This document shows positions 10,557-20,480 of a stretch of DNA of 64,000 bases, piece by piece. How positions within the stretch are numbered: position 1 is the first letter of the stretch; the number at the start of each line of letters is the position of its first letter. A program made the position numbers and the translations under genes. Below the pieces are notes generated by a model that had not been told where the DNA came from, searched no databases, and saw only the letters and a program-made list of their open reading frames with translations. Source of the stretch: a virus; the IMG/VR virus record IMGVR_UViG_3300012351_000008, positions 1 through 64,000 of that record; one strand, 5' to 3'.

Positions 10557-11222
10557 TCATTCGCAAATGAATTGGTCTCCAAGATACTTGTCAATCACGA
10601 CAAGCACACGCGTACCGGGAAAGAACTTGCCTTCATCCAGCAAGGGACTTAGCGTCAGGTTATTTATAGCCGTCATTTTGATGATGTGAGGCATACAATC
10701 AAAATCTTCAAAAAACTCTTTGTCGGGGTGCAAAGTGATAAAACGTGCCTGGTAGCAGTTGCGTATGGTTTCCTGCCCCTGTTCTATAAGCTTTTGTTGG
10801 ATGTGTTTGAGTTCATCCAGTGCGTCCTGGTAGGTATGATGGTTGCTTGTCGGCTTGTTTGGTTGTTGATCTTGTGTAATATTTTCCATGATTTCTCCGG
10901 TGTTCGGTAATGGTCGCGGTGTATTCGCTTTCTCGATGATGCTATGTGGAAGTGGTGTAATGGGATGCATGATAGTATCTTGATCAGCTAATTGCTGCAT
11001 GGTGGGAGACCACGGCGAGATCAGGGGATCAGTATCAGGAAACAGCGTCGTGTCTCTCCTGCTTAGCAACGTCATGAGTTTAGCGTGATACAACTCTAAC
11101 TGTTTTTTGACAACAGTCTCGATATACCATTGTCGTTTTTGACGATCATCTTCTTTTCTGCGTAGTTCAGATTCGTCTTTTGTCAATTTGCGTAAAGAGG
11201 ATTGGTTGTCGTGGGTCGCCAT
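10557..11222 (-). CDS. Hypothetical protein
   Basis: 221-aa ORF. Confidence 0.55.
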   Translation of the reverse strand: MATHDNQSSLRKLTKDESELRRKEDDRQKRQWYIETVVKKQLELYHAKLMTLLSRRDTTLFPDTDPLISPWSPTMQQLADQDTIMHPITPLPHSIIEKANTPRPLPNTGEIMENITQDQQPNKPTSNHHTYQDALDELKHIQQKLIEQGQETIRNCYQARFITLHPDKEFFEDFDCMPHIIKMTAINNLTLSPLLDEGKFFPGTRVLVVIDKYLGDQFICE

Positions 11223-11291
11223 AATATTTTCACTTCTTCTACATCCTCACGTCAACGCGAAACAGCCGCGTAGGGCGTTGTGGGTGCTAAA

Positions 11292-11723
11292 CTATAGCTC
11301 TACAATGTCAATGTTGTAGATCTCCTTCATCAGCTTCTTGCACCGTTTGTGTTCCTGAGACTTCCGTGTTTCAGGAGACTTGATATCTTCGACAATATGT
11401 CTGCCACCAGCTTCCAGATCGTCATAATTGGCATCATCGATGTAGCGCCCTACTTCCACACCGCTAATGACCAGTGGATAGACTGTATGAAATCTAAGGT
11501 TGGTGATTTTACCTGCAGCGGATAGTGCTCGCAGGTCTTTCATTCGCCGATACTCTCGCAGCGAACTAAATGTAACGCTGGGCTCTGTGACACTCTCAGC
11601 GTTACTAGCGTGAAACGGACAGTACTTGCACCGCTTGATCAGAGGATTCCATTCTTCTGGAGTGATATATGCCCCGCAACTACGAGGACATCGATAAATG
11701 TGTGGAACGTACACTTTTGTCAT
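11292..11723 (-). CDS. DUF1064-like PD-(D/E)xK endonuclease with an N-terminal Cys cluster
   Basis: FSSLREYRR...YIDDANY...IVEDIKS...KKLMK. Confidence 0.7.
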   Translation of the reverse strand: MTKVYVPHIYRCPRSCGAYITPEEWNPLIKRCKYCPFHASNAESVTEPSVTFSSLREYRRMKDLRALSAAGKITNLRFHTVYPLVISGVEVGRYIDDANYDDLEAGGRHIVEDIKSPETRKSQEHKRCKKLMKEIYNIDIVEL

Positions 11724-12235
11724 CCGGACACCCCTTCGTTGAGAGAGCCGTGTTCGACAAGGAAGCATACAAGCGCCTGACGCCACTGGTTTGATCGGAA
11801 TGAGTGGTACTTTTGGTATAACCTGAGCAAGTAACCAGACTCCAACCGTGTAAAATCTGAATTGGAATATTCGAGACTTGACCACACAGTCATGGAGAAA
11901 TCATGACTGAAAATTGTGGGAAGGAAGATGTGAGTATGTGGAACCCTGGCGTGTCTCATGTGAGAACGCCTTGGAAGGAAGTAACCAATACCAGTAATAT
12001 CAAGAGATGCCCAAATATACAAATACATAACGTCTATCCACACATCAACTATCCAGGAAACGACATCTAAAGCCAATAGGATATGATATACTGTGTGTTG
12101 TTATAATTAACAACGACAACTTGCTAAGTATAGTCCGCTGTTATCGGACTTGTCAAGGGAAAATCTATCATTCTCTTATCATTTTCTTAACAGTGTTTTT
12201 GTATGTAATAGTCTCATTAAAGGAGAGACATTCTT

Positions 12236-12676
12236 GTGATCCAACATCAGCCGCCACCAGGCATTTGCTATGAAGACTATGATGGAAAGCGTTTTTGTGA
12301 GGTAATTGCCTCCTTTGTGCAGCAGTCCGGTCTCTCTCAGTCTAGGATTGTTGAGCGAGCTAATGAACGATCTCGCGAAAGCGCCATTTACATGCTTGCT
12401 CCAAATTTACAGCGTTCCACGTTGAGCCGTCTTGTACGAGGCATTGATTCAGTGAGTAATCTCACGCTCTACCGTATTGCACGCCTTGGGCTGGGTCTTC
12501 CTGAAGAGACGTGTACTTGGCTCGAACGATTACGGCAGATGGAAGCACCTGTTAACCACACGACGCAGCCTCGCAACGTCGTTGTAGCCCCACAAAAGCA
12601 TACTTCGCACAAAGATGGTGAGTCCGAACCCCCAAAAGTGCCTTTCTGGATAAACGAAATCTCTATTGTTCTCTAG
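12236..12676 (+). CDS. XRE-like HTH protein
   Basis: SGLSQSRI...LQRSTLSRLVRG. Confidence 0.5.
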   Translation: MIQHQPPPGICYEDYDGKRFCEVIASFVQQSGLSQSRIVERANERSRESAIYMLAPNLQRSTLSRLVRGIDSVSNLTLYRIARLGLGLPEETCTWLERLRQMEAPVNHTTQPRNVVVAPQKHTSHKDGESEPPKVPFWINEISIVL

Positions 12677-12787
12677 TCTTGTTACACTACCATGCTGTAT
12701 CATGCTAGTGGCTTGAAATTCAACAAACTGTGTTCTCAAGCCGATTGATAGTCAATGTAGTCAGGAGATACCGGACTATTATGGAGC

Positions 12788-13297
12788 ATGAGTATGGAGG
12801 TGCTGAGATTGTCTGACTTGCCTACCGGCGAGGGAAAGACGTTCAGACAGAAGGAAAACTTGAATAGGTTAGGTCGGTGGGTAGAGGCGCTCAATACCAT
12901 CCTGGGCACAAACCAAACAGAAATGGCCGGGCGCATTGGCATCGTGAAACAAACGCTTTCAGATGCGACGCGGGGGAAAGGTGGAGCTGGAAGAGAAACG
13001 ATTCTTGCGCTTGCCGAAAAGTATCGCTTGTTGGCAGAGTCCAGGGGTGTAACACTACCTGTGGCATGGGAACTCTTCTTTAGTGTCTCCTGGTTTGATA
13101 GTAGCGAGGTAATTGGTGGTGCGGATCAGACACTAGAAAGTTTGGAGTTTGTAGCGTCAGTTATCAAGGAACGTGACATGCTTAGGCGTAACATTGTAAA
13201 AGAACGAACAAGAAAGGAAGAATTAGCTCGTGAGAATCAGATTTTGCGTCGAGAGAACCGTGCCATGAAAAAGGAGATTGAGCGACTCAGGGGATAA
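12788..13297 (+). CDS. XRE-family regulator with C-terminal coiled coil (repressor candidate)
   Basis: TNQTEMAGRIGIVKQTLSDATRG HTH. Confidence 0.65.
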   Translation: MSMEVLRLSDLPTGEGKTFRQKENLNRLGRWVEALNTILGTNQTEMAGRIGIVKQTLSDATRGKGGAGRETILALAEKYRLLAESRGVTLPVAWELFFSVSWFDSSEVIGGADQTLESLEFVASVIKERDMLRRNIVKERTRKEELARENQILRRENRAMKKEIERLRG

Positions 13298-13395
13298 GAG
13301 GGAACTCTTAGCTTATCTGGCTTTTCAAACTAATGGTTCCCTCTCAAAAAAACATATCCAGTTGATTATAACGTCTTTCCATGTTTTGTAAAGTG

Positions 13396-13432
13396 AGGCC
13401 GCTTCTCATGCGAGATAGCGGCCTTTTTGTTT
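13396..13432 (+). terminator. Intrinsic terminator
   Basis: AGGCCGCT/AGCGGCCT stem plus T-run. Confidence 0.7.
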
Positions 13433-13868
13433 GAAGATTCCCCATTGGACGATAACATTGTTAACTACTTGTTAACGCGTTGTTGCGGCAGCTTGTATGC
13501 TATTGCAACTTGGCTGATTATGATTGCCGCTTTTGTTCTGTACTGTCGTTTTCAGTTTCGCTCTCTTGTTTCGGTTTGTAGCCAGCGATGAGCCCGTCTT
13601 TGTAATGGACTCGCATAATCATTGGCAGGTCTTGTCTATCTGCTTCTCGCTCGGCTTCTTCACGTAGTTGAGCAACCCGATAACTGGGAAAGCGTGCATA
13701 GAGACGTTGCCCGGCTTCATAGCCCTGATTAAAAGTTAACTGATAATTGATTGACACCGGTTCTACCTCCCTGTGATACAATCTAACGTGCTGGATGCCC
13801 ATCCTAAAGTGCTAGCCGACGCTCTGAATGCGACCAGAGCGTTAGGCAGTGCTGAACTCTATAACCCC

Positions 13869-14415
13869 TCACAAACTAGAATGCTCGTCTTCCATCGCCT
13901 CAGACAACGAACCACCATCCAAGGCAAAACGATCATCTGTAATGTGGTCTGTTCCGATGTCGGCTGCATGAGGCATTTCTATCAACTCTAGCCCGTATGC
14001 CTTGAGGTTGCCAAGTTGAGGTGCGTCTTCTGGAATTGTCCACGTCTTAGTGAGTGAGTCCCATTTGCAGAGACGTTTAGCATATTTGAGTCCTCTGGCA
14101 TAATCGTTTTTAATTGGCCTGACAGCGATTAGTAACATTGCTATTGCTCCTCTACATCTCGATCTTCTGGTGTTCATTAATATGTTGTGCGAACTGCTCA
14201 TAAGAGAGTCGTGTTACGTTGCTATCGGTACCAAAGCAAGCAGTACTGGCAATGCGTACCGTCCCCTGTCCATCAGACTCAAAGTTGACACTCTTACGCC
14301 CCAGGATGTTTGCACCGAATAATTCACGCTGTTGTGCTGCTGTCAACTTGTGATAGTCGTCGCCTTCCAGATCGTTCATCGCTGCGATTGCCGCTACATC
14401 GTACTTGGTAATCAT
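13869..14415 (-). other. Two small hypothetical ORFs (13869 to about 14140, and 14152-14415)
   Basis: ORFs with RBS downstream of the 14480-14511 promoter. Confidence 0.5.
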
Positions 14416-14479
14416 CCCATCTCTCCTTAATTGAATTGTTGGGAGTAATCCGTTTTCAAAACAGGAAACCTCCTTAATT

Positions 14480-14511
14480 TAATAATACCGTACATACGTT
14501 GATTTTGTCAA
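14480..14511 (-). promoter_or_regulatory. Promoter, left copy of a 32-bp inverted repeat
   Basis: Reverse complement TTGACAAAATCAACGTATGTACGGTATTATTA. Confidence 0.7.
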
Positions 14512-14512
14512 G

Positions 14513-14962
14513 TCAAGAGGCTTTAGATTTTTGTATCCAATAGTTAACGATTTGGTTAGTAATTCCCAAATGTTCAGCTACTTCTCTATTGGTCAAACCT
14601 TGTTCATGCAATTGCAATGCTCGCTCTCGCATCTCTGGAGGATAGGTTTTTGAGCGTCCGACCTCTGGCGATAACTCAACTGACTTGAGGCTATCAACAT
14701 AATAGAGATTAGCTACATCTGTACGTACGCCCTCTATTTTCCCTGTAACAAAAAGCCGATACACCGCATCTCTGGAATAATCTCGTCCCGTCCGCTCTTT
14801 CAGGATTGCGCGTGCGCCTTTCGTCGTCGTTGCCTCTTTTCCGTTGATTGTGATAGTTTTTATTACATCGCCAGGTCTGTTTTGCTTTGGCTGGCCCTTA
14901 GATGCTTTCAATTCTCTCTCCTCTAATAATTCCAACTTATGTTGTATTTGTAAGTCTACCAT
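14513..14962 (-). CDS. HTH DNA-binding protein
   Basis: C-terminal YPPEMRERALQLHEQGLTNREVAEHLGI...VNYWI HTH. Confidence 0.75.
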   Translation of the reverse strand: MVDLQIQHKLELLEERELKASKGQPKQNRPGDVIKTITINGKEATTTKGARAILKERTGRDYSRDAVYRLFVTGKIEGVRTDVANLYYVDSLKSVELSPEVGRSKTYPPEMRERALQLHEQGLTNREVAEHLGITNQIVNYWIQKSKAS

Positions 14963-15054
14963 AGCGTTTCTCCTCTCTCAAGTTCAAGTATATTTGACAA
15001 AATCATCATACCATGATATTATGACAAATACAACATAAGTATGGAGGTTTGGTA

Positions 15055-15630
15055 ATGGACACGTATGAACTTGCACGTTTGCGAGGAGATATTGCACTAC
15101 TTGCACGAACCCCGAATAAAGCACGTGAAATAGTGCAGACGCTTACCGAAACTGATTGGGAATATGTTATCGGTGAGCAGGACGAGCCACATGTGGAGTG
15201 TTTAATCTGCAAGAATCTCTACTTGCCGGGGCACTATGATATTCTTTCTTGTCATTTTAATATGTGTCACGACTGTAGAGAGAAAAGGGGGTGGGATAAT
15301 AGGAAAACCTTGAATAAGGAAAATAGAAAGTTTCATTTTAATCTGGAAAGAGCGAGGGTGAAAGGTCTTCCTGCTACCTTGACATTTCCTGAATGGATTA
15401 TGACGCTTGAGCACTTTCAATGGAAATGTGCCATTTGCCAGATCAACCCCTATCAGGTGGAGGATCATTTTGTACCTCTTATTCATAGTGGAGGTACAAC
15501 GCGAGGAAACATCATTCCTCTTTGTCGCGCTTGTGACAAGCACAAAGGGTGGAAACTTCCCGGTGAAATCACTGGACTCTCTCAAGATGCTATACAGCGT
15601 GTATATACCTACCTCCAGCAATTTTCCTGA
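15055..15630 (+). CDS. HNH endonuclease
   Basis: CAIC...EDHFVPLIHSGGTTRGNIIPLCRAC. Confidence 0.85.
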   Translation: MDTYELARLRGDIALLARTPNKAREIVQTLTETDWEYVIGEQDEPHVECLICKNLYLPGHYDILSCHFNMCHDCREKRGWDNRKTLNKENRKFHFNLERARVKGLPATLTFPEWIMTLEHFQWKCAICQINPYQVEDHFVPLIHSGGTTRGNIIPLCRACDKHKGWKLPGEITGLSQDAIQRVYTYLQQFS

Positions 15631-15666
15631 ATCTTAGAAAATACGTTGATTTTACCCTCAAAAACA

Positions 15667-15698
15667 TTGACAAAATCAACGTATGTATGGTATTATTA
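15667..15698 (+). promoter_or_regulatory. Promoter, right copy of the 32-bp inverted repeat
   Basis: TTGACAAAATCAACGTATGTATGGTATTATTA. Confidence 0.7.
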
Positions 15699-15776
15699 GA
15701 GAGTAAGAAGAAACAAAAACGCTCGCCGAGCGACCAAGCATCAAGCGAGCGAAACATCCTAAGAAGGAGTATTCAA

Positions 15777-16286
15777 ATGGTACAGCAGACAGAGAAGATG
15801 AGCAACCTACTAGCCTATTTTGAGAGGGCAATTGACCAGATCGTTATTGATGTAGATTTTGCCGAAAAGAGCCGTGGAACCATCGCAATCGTCCCGGCCT
15901 CCGGTGGTGATGACCCATACATCGTTACTGTTGATGAGAGTGGCGACGTGCCGTGTGCCGTGAATTGTACCTGCAATGATCGGTATTATCGCAAAAGCTA
16001 CTGCAAGCATATGCAAATAATAGACCTCTACTATCAGCGTATCGCTGATATCTTCGCTCACGATGAGCCAGTTGTCACCGAGCCAACCCCAGATGAGATT
16101 GCTGCCCAGCATGATCTCTCATACATTGAGGCGATCACTGCTGCGTACGAAATGATCGGGGCTGAGAAACATGTCCATTGTGGAGGCTGTAGGCAGATTT
16201 GCGGCGAGGGCAAGGGCGACCGATGTAAGCCCGGCTTCTGCTTCTGGAATAGCTTCTGGACAGAGGCGCAGCGCAATGCTGCATGA
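15777..16286 (+). CDS. SWIM zinc-finger protein
   Basis: Y.V...NCTCND...CKH; AAGGAG RBS. Confidence 0.75.
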   Translation: MVQQTEKMSNLLAYFERAIDQIVIDVDFAEKSRGTIAIVPASGGDDPYIVTVDESGDVPCAVNCTCNDRYYRKSYCKHMQIIDLYYQRIADIFAHDEPVVTEPTPDEIAAQHDLSYIEAITAAYEMIGAEKHVHCGGCRQICGEGKGDRCKPGFCFWNSFWTEAQRNAA

Positions 16287-16707
16287 CGTAATGACGAACG
16301 GAGATGGTGATGATTGGTATTGCCATCTCAGCAATTCGATAGAGAATGGAGAGCTAACGGTGGAAATCACTTTAGAACAGTACGAGCAAGCCATAGCCGA
16401 GCATAAGCAAAAGGTTATAGAGCACAAGGATCATATCGTCGCACTGATACGTGAAGAGGACGATTTGATTGCGCTGTCAGAGCAGTACAGAGATTGGCCT
16501 CTAGAAGAGTTACGCAGTGAGTACGCGAAGTATGGTGGTGAGAGAGACACTGACAACAAAAACATGATGGCCCATTTCATCGTCATCACACGACAAGCGG
16601 ACCTGTCTAGCAAAATTGATGCCAGCGAGCATGCTATTCAAGAGTTGTGGGAAGAAGTGGTTGAGTTTGAGCGCGAAGTCAAGCGGTTCAAGTCTGAAAT
16701 TTCGTAG
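16276..16707 (+). CDS. Hypothetical coiled-coil protein
   Basis: Acidic helical ORF. Confidence 0.5.
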   Translation: MLHDVMTNGDGDDWYCHLSNSIENGELTVEITLEQYEQAIAEHKQKVIEHKDHIVALIREEDDLIALSEQYRDWPLEELRSEYAKYGGERDTDNKNMMAHFIVITRQADLSSKIDASEHAIQELWEEVVEFEREVKRFKSEIS

Positions 16708-16763
16708 CGAGAAGAATAGTAGCAGGACAGACACAACGCTGCTCTGCGAGGAGAAGAAAGTCA

Positions 16764-17543
16764 ATGTTCAATCCACGAGAACACCTTATGCAGCTAAAAA
16801 GTCGTGAAGGCAGCAAGGATTATCTACCAGTTGCTTGGAGACTTGTTTGGTTCAGGGAGGCATTTCCCCAGGGCTTAATTGAAACGGAATTGGTTCACCT
16901 CGATCTCGACAAGGACACCGAGGATGAGGTCTTTGCTTGGAATAGCGAAAAGCGTCGTAGCGAGAAGGTGGTAAAGACTGCCAAGGGTATCGCGGTTTTT
17001 AAGGCAACGGTGAAAGATGGCATAGGTGGTGTAGCTACTGGCACTAAGTCAGAGAAAGCAGCCTCATTCGCTGATTTTATAGAGAAAGCGGAGACGGGTG
17101 CGATTGGGCGTGCCCTGGCCGCTCTTGGCTATGGTACGCAGTTTGCGCCTGAGATGGACGAGGCCCATCGTATTGTTGACGCGCCGGTAGAACGTCTTGC
17201 CGATGAGCCAGCGCCACCACGCCCACTACCAGCTTCAAGACCTATCCAGAATGCCCCTGTAAATACGTCTAAATCACAACAGAATGGCGCTGGTGAGCCC
17301 GTAACGGAACAACAAGAGAAGAAGCCGCTCTCTGTTAAAGAATACTTTAGCGTGGTCTACAGGCACGCGCTAGCCCTGAAGCAATTCAGTTTTGGTGAAA
17401 CTGCTGGTGACAAAGAGAAGATGCAGGCGTTTCTCGATTTCGCTGGCCCGGTTGTTGGCACAACTCTTACCAGTGTTGGACATCTTACGAAGTCACGGCT
17501 GGATGACATTGAAGCGTATCTGAACGCCAAAGACGCGGCATAG
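16764..17543 (+). CDS. Rad52/Sak-like single-strand annealing protein
   Basis: DYLPVAWRLVWFRE...FIEKAETGAIGRALAALGYG. Confidence 0.75.
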   Translation: MFNPREHLMQLKSREGSKDYLPVAWRLVWFREAFPQGLIETELVHLDLDKDTEDEVFAWNSEKRRSEKVVKTAKGIAVFKATVKDGIGGVATGTKSEKAASFADFIEKAETGAIGRALAALGYGTQFAPEMDEAHRIVDAPVERLADEPAPPRPLPASRPIQNAPVNTSKSQQNGAGEPVTEQQEKKPLSVKEYFSVVYRHALALKQFSFGETAGDKEKMQAFLDFAGPVVGTTLTSVGHLTKSRLDDIEAYLNAKDAA

Positions 17544-17590
17544 TGTAGTGAGTTGGGCCGGTTCGCGCTGGCCCCTCGAAAGGAATCATC

Positions 17591-18385
17591 ATGACAACAA
17601 GGACAAATAGACAACAGTTCGTCAAGACAGAAGTACTCAACGTGTTAAGACAAGGATCAACGAAAGAGACGTTCTATTACCTCCCATCGGGCCAACTAGA
17701 GCGCAAGCTTTACCAGGAAGTCAACGAAGTGCTTGAGCGAATCGGCGGCAAATGGAACGGGAAAGCAAAAGCGCATGTGTTTGAGATTGACCCGGCCCAA
17801 CTACTTGAACTTGTCTCTACCACTGGCGAGATGCCACCAAAGAACCCGACTGCATTCTTTCCTACACCTGAGCCTGTGATCGCTGAACTGTTGCGTGGTG
17901 GTATTCCGGCCCATGCATGGCACATTCTTGAGCCATCAGCAGGGAAGGGAAACATTGCTGAAGCGATACGCACCTACTGTCTTGACCACAATGTCGATGC
18001 TGTGTTCGGTTGCTGTGAGATTGTTCCGCGCTTCCGTGATGTGTTGCAGGAGAAGGGTTTTAGGGTTCTGGACGAGCCTGATTTCCTTCAGTATCAACCC
18101 GACTTCCTCTATGACTTCATAATTATGAATCCCCCTTTTGCCGTAGAGGGTGATGCGCTAGCATATGTGACCCACATAGAGCACGCATGGTCACTGTTAG
18201 CCCCTGGTGGTGAGCTACGTGCGGTTGCACCGGCTGGCTTCGCGTTCAGAGACGATAAGCGGGTTGTCCATTTACGTAGCCTTGTAGAGAAGTACGGAAC
18301 GTGGGAAAAGTTGGAAGGCAAGTCATTTACTGAGAGTGGTACAGGAGTAGCAACCGTGATACTCTCCATGCAAAAAGCATCGTAG
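17591..18385 (+). CDS. SAM-dependent N6-adenine DNA methyltransferase
   Basis: FFPTP, ILEPSAGKG, IIMNPPF, F.ESGTGV. Confidence 0.85.
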   Translation: MTTRTNRQQFVKTEVLNVLRQGSTKETFYYLPSGQLERKLYQEVNEVLERIGGKWNGKAKAHVFEIDPAQLLELVSTTGEMPPKNPTAFFPTPEPVIAELLRGGIPAHAWHILEPSAGKGNIAEAIRTYCLDHNVDAVFGCCEIVPRFRDVLQEKGFRVLDEPDFLQYQPDFLYDFIIMNPPFAVEGDALAYVTHIEHAWSLLAPGGELRAVAPAGFAFRDDKRVVHLRSLVEKYGTWEKLEGKSFTESGTGVATVILSMQKAS

Positions 18386-18444
18386 CGCATAGTAGTGAGC
18401 AGGGCCGGTTCGTGTTCGGGCTGGCTCTGCAGGAAAGGATAACC

Positions 18445-18687
18445 ATGAAGATAGCCGGATATATTATCCATACCGAGGTTTTAGAGTGGGGAGCTTTTGA
18501 GCCAAAGACGGTGCGATCAATCGTGCATCGCCAGTGTGCTTGGAATGGCGATATGCTCTATCCTGAAGATGAAATGGACCTGCAGAAGATTCCGATAGAG
18601 CAAGCGCCACAATATGCTTGTTCGGCTTGTGGGAAATTGCTTTCTGAGCCTGCATGGTTTACTTTCCAAGCGGAGAGGATACGTTAA
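18445..18687 (+). CDS. Hypothetical protein with CxxC
   Basis: AGGA RBS; H.QC and CSAC. Confidence 0.5.
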   Translation: MKIAGYIIHTEVLEWGAFEPKTVRSIVHRQCAWNGDMLYPEDEMDLQKIPIEQAPQYACSACGKLLSEPAWFTFQAERIR

Positions 18688-18831
18688 TGTGTGATTGCCC
18701 TGATTGCACGATAACAATGGCAATTGTGCTATGGTACATCTCAACTGAAGTGTGGCTAGGTCGTCGGCGTCGGTATCATCACAAGCCTGCAGAAAGCGGT
18801 GTGATCAGGATATGGGCCAGGAGGTAGCACA

Positions 18832-19329
18832 GTGGTATATATGCTGAAAGAGTGGGAACCGCAAGAAGGGAAGATGCCTTGCCTGTCCATTGCGCAGCCT
18901 TTCGCTATGGCGATTATTCAGCGCAAGAAGAAAATCGAACTGCGCACATGGGGCACACACTACAAAGGGCTCATTGCTCTCCAAGCTGGAAAGACATGGT
19001 ACGGAGGCGTGAAGATACCGGGACACCCTACCGAAGCACAAATGCGCCCGATCAAAGAGTTTGCGCGGAAGTATCAGCTCCCGGCCTGCGTTGGCGATTA
19101 TCCCACTGGCGCGATTGTTGGCGTGGCTCGTTTAGTGAAGTGCGCCACGTTTACCAGGGAGGGCTATGAACGGTTGCGTGATCAGCACTGTTCGGATTGT
19201 GACTGGACACCGGGGGAGTATGGCTGGCAGTTCGAGGATGTGCAAGCGTTGCCAGAACCGATCTATGGCGTTCGTGGGTATCTCGGATTGTTCGCAGTTG
19301 ATGAGATCGTGCTAGGATGCGATTTGTAG
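18832..19329 (+). CDS. ASCH domain protein
   Basis: LSIAQPFA..I...KKIELRTW...GAIVG...RGYLGLF. Confidence 0.85.
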   Translation: MVYMLKEWEPQEGKMPCLSIAQPFAMAIIQRKKKIELRTWGTHYKGLIALQAGKTWYGGVKIPGHPTEAQMRPIKEFARKYQLPACVGDYPTGAIVGVARLVKCATFTREGYERLRDQHCSDCDWTPGEYGWQFEDVQALPEPIYGVRGYLGLFAVDEIVLGCDL

Positions 19330-19426
19330 CGTTTAAAATGTAGTTAGTGAATTATACGTCGAGCGTTACACAGGGCGTCTGTTGCCGATTGTGGCGCGAT
19401 GAAAATTGAGAGAAAGAGGTTGATTG

Positions 19427-19858
19427 ATGAGAAACAAAGATCGAAAAGATAAGTATGAGCACATCGATGAGGCAACAATGTTAGGCTTCCTAGCCAATGC
19501 TCTGTTTGATCGTGGCAATGATCGTGGCGCAACATTCCCACGATCAGATGCCGAAGATATGAGCCGTGGGTTGCGGTTCATCCCTGGTGAAGTCACTGTA
19601 GCGCGACGGAAAGGCGATAATGTTGCCTTTGTTGACCAACACTGCCATCATTCCTGCTGCTGGTATTGGCAATTCCCAGACGGCTCGCGTACGTACTACT
19701 GGGAGCGCGGCGACTACGAGCAGATTGCCGAAGCGAACGGCAAAGTGAAAGATGATGAGGGCAAGTATCCCGATGCTGTTGGGCCCTGTCCTGATTGCGG
19801 GAATATCCATACCAGGGGAGGCCATGTGAAGGCTGAGTCTGTAGGAAAGGATGCCTGA
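19427..19858 (+). CDS. Hypothetical protein
   Basis: GAGG RBS, CPDC motif. Confidence 0.55.
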   Translation: MRNKDRKDKYEHIDEATMLGFLANALFDRGNDRGATFPRSDAEDMSRGLRFIPGEVTVARRKGDNVAFVDQHCHHSCCWYWQFPDGSRTYYWERGDYEQIAEANGKVKDDEGKYPDAVGPCPDCGNIHTRGGHVKAESVGKDA

Positions 19859-19907
19859 TTACCGCTTTTTCACACCGCCACAAGAATCACCTGGCAGCGG
19901 TATCCTG

Positions 19908-19948
19908 AAAGCCCTGGTTGAGATCGACAACCAGGGCTTTTCTTTTTG
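19908..19948. terminator. Terminator between convergent genes
   Basis: AAAGCCCTGGTTG/CAACCAGGGCTTT. Confidence 0.75.
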
Positions 19949-19949
19949 T

Positions 19950-20261
19950 TCAGTGGGCGTACAGTGCTTGCCAATTCCCTCGATGTCCTGAACAACTTCC
20001 CGGCCTGCCACCACTCTTGCTATACAACCCATCATGACACTCAATCACGTAGCCTATGCCACGGGGGAAGTTCGGGATGCATCGGAAGTAGCGGCCATTG
20101 CAAAACGCTGGATTGGGCGCGTAGATGAGCCGACCACGGGCCGCTACAAACGAGTAGTTCCAGGGATTATTATTGACGCCAGCCGCGTAAGTTGGCGTGC
20201 TACATGAGAATGTGGCGACGAGGGCGATAGTGAGAGTGATGGATGCGATGAGACGTTTCAT
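19950..20261 (-). CDS. Secreted DUF3761-like small Cys-rich protein
   Basis: Signal peptide; CHDGLYSKSGGRPGSCSGHRG. Confidence 0.7.
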   Translation of the reverse strand: MKRLIASITLTIALVATFSCSTPTYAAGVNNNPWNYSFVAARGRLIYAPNPAFCNGRYFRCIPNFPRGIGYVIECHDGLYSKSGGRPGSCSGHRGNWQALYAH

Positions 20262-20395
20262 ATATTCCCCTTCAATTGTTGTGTTTTGCCTATCATATCA
20301 TTGCTGAGAAGCGCCTCCAATGGGATGCCTAAAGGTCCATTATTTCGAGCAAACTACTCTGTACGGTTGTTGGATTGGCCTGTCAAATGGTTGTA

Positions 20396-20457
20396 TTTAC
20401 AAAGCGAAAAGCCTATGCTATACTCATGTATGACGACTAACAGTCCTTAGATGACAT
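20396..20457 (+). promoter_or_regulatory. Recombinase promoter and dif-like 11-6-11 site
   Basis: TTTACA-17-TATACT with extended TG; ATGACGACTAA-CAGTCC-TTAGATGACAT at 20430-20457. Confidence 0.65.
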
Positions 20458-20480
20458 GGTAAAATCAGGGAAGAAGAAGC

